A stretch of DNA of 24,000 nucleotides from NCBI RefSeq assembly GCF_000011125.1, contig NC_000854.2, positions 1,206,160-1,230,159 of the forward strand, in the 5' to 3' direction. Below are positions 1 to 8,155 of this stretch, piece after piece (within the stretch, counting starts at the first letter, position 1; every line of letters begins with the position of its first letter). The position numbers and the translations under genes were made by a program. The notes below the pieces were generated by a model that was given only the letters and a program-made list of their open reading frames with translations, had not been told where the DNA came from and made no database searches. The stretch is from Aeropyrum pernix K1 (lineage in GTDB: Archaea; Thermoproteota; Thermoprotei_A; Sulfolobales; Acidilobaceae).

Positions 1-169
1 TCACCTGCAGTTCAATACCTTCATCTACACTCTCCTTCAACAACTTCTCGTTGAAGCTATCGGCTACTAGCATGTCAATCGAGGAGATCAAGTGGCCTCC
101 TATCAGCGCAAGGACAGCGACTAGACCTATCCCCACTAGAGCCCCCGATATAGTGCTTGAGACACCCAT
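1..169 (-). CDS. Archaellum accessory protein of FlaF/FlaG type. Only the N-terminal 56 codons are present; the gene runs off the left edge.
   Basis: ATG at 169-167 lies six nt after the stop of the preceding gene and is preceded by GGTGA. Hand translation: MGVSSTISGALVGIGLVAVLALIGGHLISSIDMLVADSFNEKLLKESVDEGIELQV. It has a short polar N-terminus followed by an archaellin-like hydrophobic helix. Its position fits flaF in the crenarchaeal order flaB-X-G-F-H-I-J. Confidence 0.5.
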   Translation of the reverse strand, partial: MGVSSTISGALVGIGLVAVLALIGGHLISSIDMLVADSFNEKLLKESVDEGIELQV

Positions 170-175
170 TTAGGG

Positions 176-661
176 TCACCCCGCTGGCTCTACGAAAGAC
201 ATTTTTGCGCCGGTTGGGGTGACTAGGATAAGCTTAACTGGATTACTGTATGCCGAGGGGGGGTTCAAAACAAGCTCTATGAGCTCCCCTACCTCCCATA
301 CCCCGTCCTGCGTTCCATACTCTACATAGCTCCAGGTTCCCTGTCCACCTGTAGTGTTGTAAGTGTAGTAGTCTAGCTCCCCCCCATATGGGCCCAGGAA
401 AACCTCCATGTTTTCTATGTTCGTCATGGGTGTGAGGCCGGTATTCTTTAGATAGACTCTATACAGGTTGTTGGCTTCATCATAAACAATGTAAACCAGG
501 GTAACTTCGGTCCTCATCTTGTCGGATATACTCTTGTATATGGACTGGAGGGAGTTGCCTATCTCGTAGGAGCTGAATATGGCTATCCCGGCGAAGATAC
601 TGGCCATAGTTACAGCCACTATGGTGAGGAGCGCGTGGGCTATTACTGTTGATTCTCCCAT
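176..661 (-). CDS. Archaellum accessory protein of FlaG/FlaF type (probably FlaG, judged by gene order).
   Basis: 161-aa ORF. The N-terminus MGESTVIAHALLTIVAVTMASIFAGIAIF is an archaellin-like hydrophobic helix, and the remainder is beta-rich. It overlaps the upstream gene by 19 nt and is the third gene after the archaellins. Confidence 0.6.
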   Translation of the reverse strand: MGESTVIAHALLTIVAVTMASIFAGIAIFSSYEIGNSLQSIYKSISDKMRTEVTLVYIVYDEANNLYRVYLKNTGLTPMTNIENMEVFLGPYGGELDYYTYNTTGGQGTWSYVEYGTQDGVWEVGELIELVLNPPSAYSNPVKLILVTPTGAKMSFVEPAG

Positions 662-1437
662 CTCCTACCACCAAGAAGCCTCACCACGAGCCTAAACACT
701 TCCTTCTCAAACTCCTCATCCCTGATGCCGAGGCTCCTGGCTATGCTATAAACAGCTACAATTTGCTCTTCGGGGGTGAGGCCGAGCTTACGGGCCTCCC
801 TCATAAGCTCTATATACTTCCTTACAACCTCCCTCCTTCTTTCGTCAAGCTGGCCGGAAGCTTCAAGCAAGTCAATTATCTTCTCAAAAACCTCGGGAGG
901 CATACTCTCCCCGAGACTCCAGAGGGTCTTAGCAACCTCAACCAAGTCAGCCATACTAGGGGTCGGCCCAGCCTTACCACTAGCCAGCTCGTTAAGCCTA
1001 GTTTCCCTAAAGTTTGCCGGATGTATCGAACTGTCTTCGAACCCTTTGAAGCCATTAGCGTGTTCAGCCCGTCTAAAATTCTCCTGAGGAGGAGTACCCA
1101 CGTCTGGAGTATTAGCATCCCATAGGTCCTTGTTCTTACCGCCCACGCTACTCTCGGAGGTACTCTTAGGACTGGTAGTAGCTTGTCCGGGATTATGAGC
1201 TACCCCTACATGTATATTTGGTGTGAATATGTTGGGTGAAGCGCTAACTGGAGCGAGGTCCTCGCCCCCCGCCTCCCCCCCATCCTCTTCACCCTCGTTT
1301 ACCATAACCTTTCGCAGGGGATTCCTGGACTCTAGAAGAACGCTTCTAAGCTCCAGGACAACCTCTCTAAGCGACTCTAGAAGCTCCCTCAGCTCCTTGT
1401 CGCCCCCTCCAGCATCGCCCACGTTAGCCACCCCCAT
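643..1437 (-). CDS. Archaellum accessory protein, FlaX- or FlaC/D/E-like. It has an N-terminal coiled coil, a low-complexity acidic/Gly linker and a helical C-terminal domain.
   Basis: 264-aa ORF directly downstream of the two archaellin genes. The N-terminal heptad-like segment is KELRELLESLREVVLELRSVLLES. The C-terminal segment LVEVAKTLWSLGESMPPEVFEKIIDLLEASGQLDERRREVVRKYIELM resembles the FlaD/E-type domain as I remember it. The assignment rests mainly on context. Confidence 0.5.
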   Translation of the reverse strand: MGVANVGDAGGGDKELRELLESLREVVLELRSVLLESRNPLRKVMVNEGEEDGGEAGGEDLAPVSASPNIFTPNIHVGVAHNPGQATTSPKSTSESSVGGKNKDLWDANTPDVGTPPQENFRRAEHANGFKGFEDSSIHPANFRETRLNELASGKAGPTPSMADLVEVAKTLWSLGESMPPEVFEKIIDLLEASGQLDERRREVVRKYIELMREARKLGLTPEEQIVAVYSIARSLGIRDEEFEKEVFRLVVRLLGGRRWENQQ

Positions 1438-1523
1438 CGCGTCTCTCCAACTCGCGATATCAACCTCGACACTTCTCCAAGCATCATCGAAACAATCTAC
1501 CCTAAACTTGCAAAGTAAATCGT

Positions 1524-1550
1524 AAAAAAATCCTTTAGGTTACAAAAAAA
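1524..1550 (-). terminator. Oligo-T terminator or attenuator after the archaellin genes.
   Basis: The minus strand reads CCCTTTTTTTGTAACCTAAAGGATTTTTTTACG immediately after the TAG of the second archaellin gene (1561). The two T7 runs are at 1544-1550 and 1524-1530. Archaeal RNA polymerase terminates at oligo-T. Confidence 0.5.
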
Positions 1551-1560
1551 GGGTTTACGG

Positions 1561-2172
1561 CTAGCCAAGGCTTACAGCACCGCCCGTTGGTAGAGATGCA
1601 GGAACTATCCTCTCTACGGTTAGGGCAGCTCCCTGTACTGGCCTGACCTCTACTTTAAACTCCTCATAGCTGTTAAGGGGTGTTGGAAGTTCCAGGACTA
1701 GAAGCCCTTTCTCGCCAAGCTCCAGCACATTGTCGCCATCGCCATTGAAAATTACTAGGTACGCCCAGCCTGTAGTACAAGCTATACTGCTTGTTATAGT
1801 GGAGAGCTTGCTGTCTGAGAGACTGCTCCCATCGAATACTCCACAATAGGCATTCTCGTAGAATTTCGATGGCAACATGACTCTGACAGTAGTCTTGTCC
1901 ACAGACATATCAACACCTTCCCTCCCTGGAGACACCTTGATGGGTATAGCTATAGCGTCCACACTTCCCGATGTTACGTTGGCTATTACGCTGCCGTCGA
2001 CCTCCAGGGCAGAGGTAGCCTCCTCAAGACCCCTCTGCATGACCTCCTTGCTCTTCTGGGTTGTGAACAGACCCATGTTGAGGGCGACGAACGCCAGCGC
2101 CGCAGCCACTATCACGAAAGCTATCAGAACTATCGCCGCCTCAATACCCACAATACCCCTTCGCCGCCTCAT
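1561..2172 (-). CDS. flaB: Archaellin (archaeal flagellin), second copy.
   Basis: 203 aa. Class III signal peptide plus the conserved archaellin N-terminus [39 protein letters not shown] start with GAGGTG (complementary to the 16S 3' end CACCUC) 8 nt upstream. Confidence 0.9.
   Translation of the reverse strand: MRRRRGIVGIEAAIVLIAFVIVAAALAFVALNMGLFTTQKSKEVMQRGLEEATSALEVDGSVIANVTSGSVDAIAIPIKVSPGREGVDMSVDKTTVRVMLPSKFYENAYCGVFDGSSLSDSKLSTITSSIACTTGWAYLVIFNGDGDNVLELGEKGLLVLELPTPLNSYEEFKVEVRPVQGAALTVERIVPASLPTGGAVSLG
1981..2171. repeat. 191-bp perfect direct repeat, copy A (5' end of the downstream archaellin gene).
   Basis: A base-by-base comparison with 2743-2933 (offset 762) shows no mismatch. 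The flanking bases differ on both sides: 1980 t versus 2742 g, and 2172 t versus 2934 c. Confidence 0.95.
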
Positions 2173-2193
2173 ATCTAGCCACCTCTACGTCAT

Positions 2194-2934
2194 CTACCCT
2201 AGATCTACAGGGGCTACTGCATAGGTTGTTGTTCCAGTCGTCGCATCAGAAGTAGAGTCTAGTGGCGGTAGCGTAGGCGGTATGACCCTCTCTAGTGTTA
2301 GGCTAGCTCCCGAGACCGCTCTGAGCTCTATCATTATCTTGTCATACGGTTCCAGATAATCGACATCTATTGTTGCTGTGGTATCGCTGTCTAACCGTAT
2401 TATCAGAAGTCCTTTCTCGCCAAGCTCTAGCACGCTATCACCGTCTCCGTTTATTACGTACACGTATGCATCGGTTGCTACGAATGGGCCTGGTGAAGTG
2501 GTGTAGGGTTCACATCCTGTGGGCGCGTTGCTGAGTACAGCCTCGAAGTCTTCTCCAGCAGATCCACTTGCGTAGCCGCAGTACACGTTCTCGTAGAAGC
2601 CGTTGGGGAGTAGTAACCTCACCGTTAGCTTGCTAGGATCGAGGTCTATTCCCTCTCTGCCAGGAGATATTTTTAGAGGTACTGCTAGAGCATCGACGAC
2701 TATGTTGTAGCTGCCTGTAGTAGTGTCTGCATCTATTGCCCGGGCTATTACGCTGCCGTCGACCTCCAGGGCAGAGGTAGCCTCCTCAAGACCCCTCTGC
2801 ATGACCTCCTTGCTCTTCTGGGTTGTGAACAGACCCATGTTGAGGGCGACGAACGCCAGCGCCGCAGCCACTATCACGAAAGCTATCAGAACTATCGCCG
2901 CCTCAATACCCACAATACCCCTTCGCCGCCTCAC
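2194..2934 (-). CDS. flaB: Archaellin (archaeal flagellin), first copy.
   Basis: 246 aa with a GTG start. The first 64 residues are identical to the downstream copy. The variable central domain is Thr/Ser-rich. A C-terminal block shared with the other copy reads [15 protein letters not shown]. Confidence 0.9.
2743..2933. repeat. 191-bp perfect direct repeat, copy B (5' end of the upstream archaellin gene).
   Basis: Identical to 1981-2171. The rest of the two genes is strongly diverged at the nucleotide level. Confidence 0.95.
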
Positions 2935-2962
2935 GCTTTTGCACCCTTTGCCTTATGGACCG

Positions 2963-2970
2963 TTATTTTA
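2963..2970 (-). promoter_or_regulatory. Candidate TATA box of the archaellin operon.
   Basis: The minus strand reads TAAAATAA, centred about 33 nt upstream of the GTG at 2934. This would give a very short leader. Other A/T boxes lie further upstream at 3030-3037 and 3123-3129. Confidence 0.4.
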
Positions 2971-3066
2971 GATTGGCGGTGTACGCTGTAGAGGCTAATC
3001 TTCTTAGCGTAATACCTGGTGGGAGGGGGGTATTTAAGGGGGGTTGGCAGCGCCGGGCTTCTAACA

Positions 3067-3116
3067 GGTGTTTGGGTGTCTAGCCTGGTGTGCTGTTATC
3101 GTATTACCCAGGGTGT
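3067..3116. promoter_or_regulatory. Cluster of four GGTGT boxes upstream of the archaellin promoter; possible regulator binding sites.
   Basis: GGTGT occurs at 3067-3071, 3075-3079, 3087-3091 and 3112-3116. The last two sit in the longer similar strings CTGGTGTGCTGTTA and GGGTGTACTCTGTTTA. Confidence 0.25.
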
Positions 3117-3159
3117 ACTCTGTTTAAAAGCGGGGTTGATGCTGCGGGGGCCCTGGATT

Positions 3160-3786
3160 TTACTTTCTACGCGTGATTCTCGAGTAGACGGCCAACCCGG
3201 CTAGCCCTGTAGCCGTGCCCACGGCTATCAGCGCCTGCTCGGGGGTTCTCGAGTAGCCTTCTATAGTGTAGTGTAGGCTGTAGCCTATCTCGCCTCCTAG
3301 AGGTACGGCGACTATGGCTAGGGAGGACCCCGGTTTGAGCCTGGCCTGGGCTTCCGCCACTCCCGCCTCAGCCTTTATCTCCTCCACAGATCCCACCGTG
3401 GGTAGGAGCTGTATCGCCTGCTGGCTCGCCTTGACAACCCCCCACCCGTATACTATGCCTGCCCTTATGTCGGGCTCTACGTTCCTCCCGGTTATCTCTA
3501 TGTTTATCGCGGAGAGCGCGTCGAACAGCATCATGGGGTCTCCAGAGACTGTGAGTAGGTAGGCCCGGGCAACGCCCTCTAGCCTGATCTCAAGTGTGCC
3601 GGAGGATGCTGTGGGCATCGCTGCTATAACCGCCGCACCTTCTGTGCCCACGGGTATGGAGCCGGACCAGCTGCTCTCGGTCTTAACCCCCCATAGGCTG
3701 GCGGCTAGGCCTGCCACTATGAGGCTCACTCCCAGCGCCACCAGCAGCCTCGAGGCGAGTCCTCCGAGCACTCTCGAGGTTTTCAA
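3160..3786 (-). CDS. Membrane-anchored protein of unknown function, with N- and C-terminal TM helices and a beta-rich external domain. Last gene of the transporter operon.
   Basis: 208 aa with a TTG start that overlaps the upstream stop by 4 nt. Hydrophobic segments are LLVALGVSLIVAGLAASLW and LIAVGTATGLAGLAVY, followed by a basic tail RITRRK. Confidence 0.55.
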   Translation of the reverse strand: MKTSRVLGGLASRLLVALGVSLIVAGLAASLWGVKTESSWSGSIPVGTEGAAVIAAMPTASSGTLEIRLEGVARAYLLTVSGDPMMLFDALSAINIEITGRNVEPDIRAGIVYGWGVVKASQQAIQLLPTVGSVEEIKAEAGVAEAQARLKPGSSLAIVAVPLGGEIGYSLHYTIEGYSRTPEQALIAVGTATGLAGLAVYSRITRRK

Positions 3787-4538
3787 GGCTCAAGCCTCCT
3801 TGTGAAGTAGAGTATGGAGGCTGCCGCGGCCGAGAGGGCTAGGAGGGGGACTAGGAGGGGCTGCCAGGCCTGTATCTCCCCTCCTCCGTAGTGGAGGATG
3901 GCGACGCCTGGGAGGTATGATGCTGTCGCCAGCTCCACCAGTATCTCCCGGCCTGTAACCCTTCCGAGGAGGTAGAGTAGGGTTGAGGCGACCACTATGT
4001 ATGCGAAGTAGAATGCCACGCTTAGTATACCGCTCGTCCCCGGGCTCCGTGATGCGAGGGCTATTAGCATGAAGAAGGAGCCGTACATTACAGCCTGCAC
4101 CGTGTAGGCTGTGAAGGTTGCCAGGTACTCCAGGGGGGAGCCTAGGGCTACGGGCATCATTACTATGGCGACTGCCACTGTTGGCGCGCCGAGTATGGCC
4201 AGGCTTGGCACTAGTACTCTGCTTGTGTATAGGGCTATGGCTAGGTGGAGTCTGCCTATGGGGTAGGAGGCTATTAGCTGTAGGAGCCCGTTCTCCGCCA
4301 TACACGTTATACCAGCAGCCCCCCTGAGGGCTAGGAATATTGTTGCGGCGAAGAGCGTGGGGTCTAGGGCGTAGCTAAGCATGTAGGAGGCGCTTGTGAA
4401 GGGCTGTATGACGACTAGCACAGAGGCCAGGCTCCCCACTATTATGGCGAGGACGTCGAGGCCCGGGGGCTTGAGTGTGTCCATCAGGTCGACGAGGGCT
4501 ACTATACCCGCCCTCTTCAGCATGCCCGGCCTGGTCAC
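3783..4538 (-). CDS. Polytopic membrane protein, probable ABC-2-type permease partner of the upstream ATPase.
   Basis: 251 aa with about six hydrophobic helices. It has 4-nt overlaps with the genes on both sides, so it is translationally coupled to the ABC ATPase. Confidence 0.6.
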   Translation of the reverse strand: MTRPGMLKRAGIVALVDLMDTLKPPGLDVLAIIVGSLASVLVVIQPFTSASYMLSYALDPTLFAATIFLALRGAAGITCMAENGLLQLIASYPIGRLHLAIALYTSRVLVPSLAILGAPTVAVAIVMMPVALGSPLEYLATFTAYTVQAVMYGSFFMLIALASRSPGTSGILSVAFYFAYIVVASTLLYLLGRVTGREILVELATASYLPGVAILHYGGGEIQAWQPLLVPLLALSAAAASILYFTRRLEP

Positions 4539-5491
4539 CCCGCCATCGCCTCCTCTACACCGGGCTCTACTAGGTCCACGCCGAGGACCTCAACGCCCTC
4601 TCTCCCCAGCCTGGCGAGGGCCTCGTAGAATCTGTGGAGCGGGCCGTCGACCCTGACTACGACTCCCAGCCCGTCCTCCCTGGCCTCGAACCCGAGGCTC
4701 CTGAGGAGCTCGGCGGCGAGGCTGGGGTTTGAGGTCCTCAGCCTGGCGAGCCCGGCCCTCCTGAAGAGGTCCTCCGGGCTCCCCTCGGCCGCGAGCCTGC
4801 CGCCCGCCAGCACGTATATCCTGGTGGCGACCCTCAGCAGCTCTACTATGACGTGGCTTGAGACGAGGAGGGATAGACCATGCTCCCTGTTGAGCCTGGC
4901 GAGCAGCCTGAGGACCTCCCTCCTCTCCAGGGGGTCTAGGTTCGAGGTGGGCTCGTCCGCCACCAGGAACCTGGGCTCCCCTAGGAGCGCGTGGGCTATC
5001 GCCGCCCTCTGCTTCAGCCCCGCGCTCAGCTGCGGGAAGGTCTTCCACTCGTGGCCCTCGAGCCCGGCTGCCCTTATAGCCCAGTCAACCCTGGAGGGGC
5101 TGGAGCCGATGATCGCCGCCGCAGACTCGAGGAACTCCACCACAGGCATCGATGAGGGCAGGTTGGGCCTCTCGAAGACGACGCCCACGCCCTCCCTAGC
5201 CCTGGGCTCCCGCCACGGGTCCAGCCCGTTGAGAAGCACTCTCCCCCCGTCCCTCCTAGCGAGGCCTAGAGAGACCTTTATCAGAGTGGTCTTCCCGGCC
5301 CCGTTGGGACCTACGAGGCCCACGGCCTCCCCGCGGCCCACCTCGAGGTCGACACGGTCGAGCACCGGCTGGCCTCTATACTTCTTCACAACACCTCTAG
5401 CCTCGAGAACGGTGTCCAAAAACCTTCCCCCGCGACAGCCATAGACAGCTAGGTGCCCTTTGGCTGCTTTATCCTGGAGACCCTGCCCCAA
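4535..5491 (-). CDS. ABC transporter ATP-binding protein.
   Basis: Walker A GPNGAGKTT, signature LSAGLKQR, Walker B FLVADEPTSNLD and H-loop SSH. The true start may be internal, near LDTVLEARGVVKKY, because the first ~25 codons overlap or abut the MFS gene. Confidence 0.9.
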   Translation of the reverse strand: MGQGLQDKAAKGHLAVYGCRGGRFLDTVLEARGVVKKYRGQPVLDRVDLEVGRGEAVGLVGPNGAGKTTLIKVSLGLARRDGGRVLLNGLDPWREPRAREGVGVVFERPNLPSSMPVVEFLESAAAIIGSSPSRVDWAIRAAGLEGHEWKTFPQLSAGLKQRAAIAHALLGEPRFLVADEPTSNLDPLERREVLRLLARLNREHGLSLLVSSHVIVELLRVATRIYVLAGGRLAAEGSPEDLFRRAGLARLRTSNPSLAAELLRSLGFEAREDGLGVVVRVDGPLHRFYEALARLGREGVEVLGVDLVEPGVEEAMAG

Positions 5492-6713
5492 CCATTTTGA
5501 GGGAGAGTATTGAGAGGGCCGCCAGGAGTAGGGTGCTCCCGGCGATCCCCAGCGCTATCCCCTCCAGCCCCATGGCCCCGCTTAGCACTCCCCCGAGGGG
5601 TGCTCCCACCGCGACTCCCAGTATGTTGCTGACCTGCTGTATGGCTATAGAGGTCCCCCGGGACCATGGGGGGACCGTTATGGCTAGGTAGGTGCTTAGA
5701 GTCATTCCAGCCCCTATAAGCGGGCCGTAGAGGGCCGCGAACACCAGGACCCCGGGGTGAGATGGGCTCTGGGCTAGTGCTGCGGCGCCCGCGAGGGCCG
5801 AGGCTGAAGCGGCTGCCAAGGCTAGGGCGCCGCGCCCAGCGTCTATAAGCCTGCCCGAGAGGAGGAAGGCTGGCAGTGACGCTATCGAGGCTACCCCTAT
5901 GGAGAGGCCCGCCAGTGCAGAGGCTTCCTCCTCACCCTCCACAACACCCTCCCCCGTCAGGGCTGTCGATAGCCCGCCCACAAGTATGCCGAACCCCAGG
6001 TATAGGCTGGCCATGGTTGCCGCGGCGCCTAAGACCTTGAGCCTGGAGGCCATGAGACCCCTCGCCACTCCAGCCCTCCTGGCGATGCCCGAGTCCCTGT
6101 AGGGTAGCGCCACGGCGGCTGCCGTGCCGATGGCTAGTATTAGGGAGAGGAGCCTTAGGGCGTTCTGGAAGCCCAACATCTCGACGGCCCTGCCCCCAGC
6201 CGCCGAGCCTAGGGCCACCCCGGCGCCTATTACCGCTAGGTAGCGGCCTGCGGCGTAGCCCTCGCCACCCCTCCTGCTCGTGTCGCCAACTATGGAGAAG
6301 AAGGCGGGGTAGACTAGGCTGCCCCCGATGGCGTGGAGGCCCCTGTAGAGGGCTAGCTCTCCCGGTGTTGAGGCTGTGGTGTATAGCGTTACCGCTAGGG
6401 TGTCCCAGGCGAGGCCGGCTATGAGGGCCTTCTTCCTCCCCACCTTATCCACGACAATCCCCGCCGCTATGCTGGCTGGTATGGCGGCCATGCTGTAGAG
6501 GCCGGCTATGAAGCCGGCCTCAGCCTTCGACGCGCCGAGGTGCTCTGCGTACGCTGCCACAACCCCTAGGAGGAACGCCGTGTCCATTAGTCCTGCGAAG
6601 CCTGCTAAGGCGAGGAGGAGGCTACCCCTTCCCCCCAGCCCGGGCAGCGCCAACCCTGCCTCGACCCCGCGGGAGGGCTGCGGTAGCCTGCTAGCCGTGG
6701 AGCGCCTCTGCAA
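5469..6713 (-). CDS. Major facilitator superfamily (MFS) transporter.
   Basis: 414 aa with about 12 hydrophobic segments. MFS motif A between TM2 and TM3 reads GIVVDKVGRKKALI. The N-terminal ~20 codons overlap the M20 gene by 23 nt, so the start is uncertain. Confidence 0.8.
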   Translation of the reverse strand: MQRRSTASRLPQPSRGVEAGLALPGLGGRGSLLLALAGFAGLMDTAFLLGVVAAYAEHLGASKAEAGFIAGLYSMAAIPASIAAGIVVDKVGRKKALIAGLAWDTLAVTLYTTASTPGELALYRGLHAIGGSLVYPAFFSIVGDTSRRGGEGYAAGRYLAVIGAGVALGSAAGGRAVEMLGFQNALRLLSLILAIGTAAAVALPYRDSGIARRAGVARGLMASRLKVLGAAATMASLYLGFGILVGGLSTALTGEGVVEGEEEASALAGLSIGVASIASLPAFLLSGRLIDAGRGALALAAASASALAGAAALAQSPSHPGVLVFAALYGPLIGAGMTLSTYLAITVPPWSRGTSIAIQQVSNILGVAVGAPLGGVLSGAMGLEGIALGIAGSTLLLAALSILSLKMVGAGSPG

Positions 6714-8016
6714 CTCGCCTGTAGAACTCTACAGCGGCCTCCAGCTGCCTTATCTCGACGTACTCGTCGGGGCCGTGCACGTTCCCCCCGAGGGGTCCAT
6801 AGTCTATGGCCTGGGAGCCCCTCGGGCTGAAGTACCTGCTGTCGCTGGCCCCGGCCGCCTCCCGGGGCTCCCCGGGGAGGCCTAGGGACTGGTTCACCCT
6901 TAGGGCGAGCTTGACCAGCTCTGCACTGCTGGGGGTGTAGAGGTAGCCCCCTCCCCCGGTAACCCTGTACTCCCACTCCACACGGGAGCCGAGGCTCTCC
7001 TCTAGGCTTCTGGCCACTGCCTCGTCGACAGCAGCCGGGTCCCCGGTCATGGCCCTGACGTCGACAATAACCTCATGCCAGCCCTCCGCAAGCCTGTAGA
7101 CGTTGGGTGTGGCGGTGACGCCGTAGTCGCTGTAGAGGAGCCTGCCTGGGGTTATGCGGGAGAGTGGTATGAGGCTTTTCAGCAGGGCTGTTAGGCCGGG
7201 GTCGTAGACACCATGCCCTCCGCCCCCGGGCTCTAGGGCCTCTAGCTCGACGCTAGCGGGGAGGACGTTGCTCTTCACCCACTCGCCGCTGAGGCTTGAG
7301 GCGAGCAGGCCGGCCTCCCTGACCAGGGCGGCCGCGGTTAGTAGGGGGTGGCTGTCGACGCCGGGTATGAAGTAGGCTGCGTGCCTCGTCGGCCTCCCCC
7401 TCACCTCCAGACCCAGCCTCATAACACGCCTCGAAACACCCTCGGCGTCAGCCCTCTCAGCCCTAACCCTTACTATGGCGTTGAAAACGTTCCTCCTCCT
7501 AGTTATCACCGCCCCCATGCTCCCGTCGCCATTGACAACATAGTCAGGCCACAAACCCTCAGACCTGAGCCTCCCCGCCAGCCACCCAGCACCCCTCTCC
7601 CCGCCTATCTCCTCATCCCCTGTGAAAGCTATGATGACAGTCCCGCGGCCGGGCTCGAAGCCGGAGAGGGCGAGGGATATGGCGGCCACGTTGGACTTAT
7701 CGTCAGCAGCGCCCCTGCCGTAGAGCCTGCCACCCTTAACCACGGGCTTGAAAGGCTCGGTAACCCTCCACCCTGGCCCCGGGGGGACCACGTCGAAGTG
7801 GGCCATGAAGAGGGTTACAGGCCTCCCCGAGCCCGCCATGTAGAGGAGTATGGGCACGCCCTCATTCTCCACAAGCTCCATGTCAAGCCCTGCATGCTCC
7901 CTCACAGCACGCCTAACCTCCTCGGCCTCGCCAACACCAACCAGCCTACCAGCGGAAGGGTCGTTTACACTCTCAACCTCAACTAGACTAGAAAGAAACT
8001 CCACTACACCAGCCAC
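6691..8016 (-). CDS. M20 family metallopeptidase or deacylase (ArgE/DapE/CPG2-like).
   Basis: 441 aa with a GTG start. Metal and catalytic motifs occur in canonical order: MAHFDVVPPG, GRGAADDKSN, GDEEIGGERG and, near the C-terminus, NVHGPDEYV. Confidence 0.85.
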   Translation of the reverse strand: MAGVVEFLSSLVEVESVNDPSAGRLVGVGEAEEVRRAVREHAGLDMELVENEGVPILLYMAGSGRPVTLFMAHFDVVPPGPGWRVTEPFKPVVKGGRLYGRGAADDKSNVAAISLALSGFEPGRGTVIIAFTGDEEIGGERGAGWLAGRLRSEGLWPDYVVNGDGSMGAVITRRRNVFNAIVRVRAERADAEGVSRRVMRLGLEVRGRPTRHAAYFIPGVDSHPLLTAAALVREAGLLASSLSGEWVKSNVLPASVELEALEPGGGGHGVYDPGLTALLKSLIPLSRITPGRLLYSDYGVTATPNVYRLAEGWHEVIVDVRAMTGDPAAVDEAVARSLEESLGSRVEWEYRVTGGGGYLYTPSSAELVKLALRVNQSLGLPGEPREAAGASDSRYFSPRGSQAIDYGPLGGNVHGPDEYVEIRQLEAAVEFYRRVAEALHG

Positions 8017-8062
8017 CGGACTGCACCAGGTGGGAACAGAGCGTGCCGCGGGTTGTTAAAGC

Positions 8063-8088
8063 TAGAGTATAGCCTAGGCTATACTCTA
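8063..8088. promoter_or_regulatory. 26-bp perfect palindrome, TAGAGTATAGCC TAGG CTATACTCTA, between the rRNA operon 3' end and the M20 gene start. Possible operator, promoter element or rRNA terminator hairpin.
   Basis: Self-complementarity was checked base by base. It lies 47-72 nt upstream of the GTG at 8016 and about 45 nt downstream of the 23S processing stem. Its 11-mer CCTAGGCTATA recurs at 20189-20199. Confidence 0.4.
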
Positions 8089-8131
8089 CAATGACTACTG
8101 CGTAAATAGCCGGGAGAAGAAGAGGGAAGGC

Positions 8132-8155
8132 GAGCGCCGCCTCCATCCACCAGCG
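8132..8155 (-). other. 23S rRNA processing helix, 3' strand.
   Basis: GAGCGCCGCCTCCATCCACCAGCG is the perfect reverse complement of 12333-12356 (24 bp). Pairing continues inward at 8157-8170/12319-12332 (13 of 14) and 8211-8220/12273-12282 (10 of 10). Confidence 0.75.

Noticed and set aside
3790-8059. Long alternative-frame or antisense ORFs inside the transporter/peptidase operon (3790-4305, 4590-5048, 4824-5444, 6605-6976, 7348-7986 and others).
   Set aside because: Each overlaps a gene with clear family motifs (ABC, MFS, M20). Their translations are Arg/Pro/Ser-rich shadows of the kind expected in high-G+C coding DNA.
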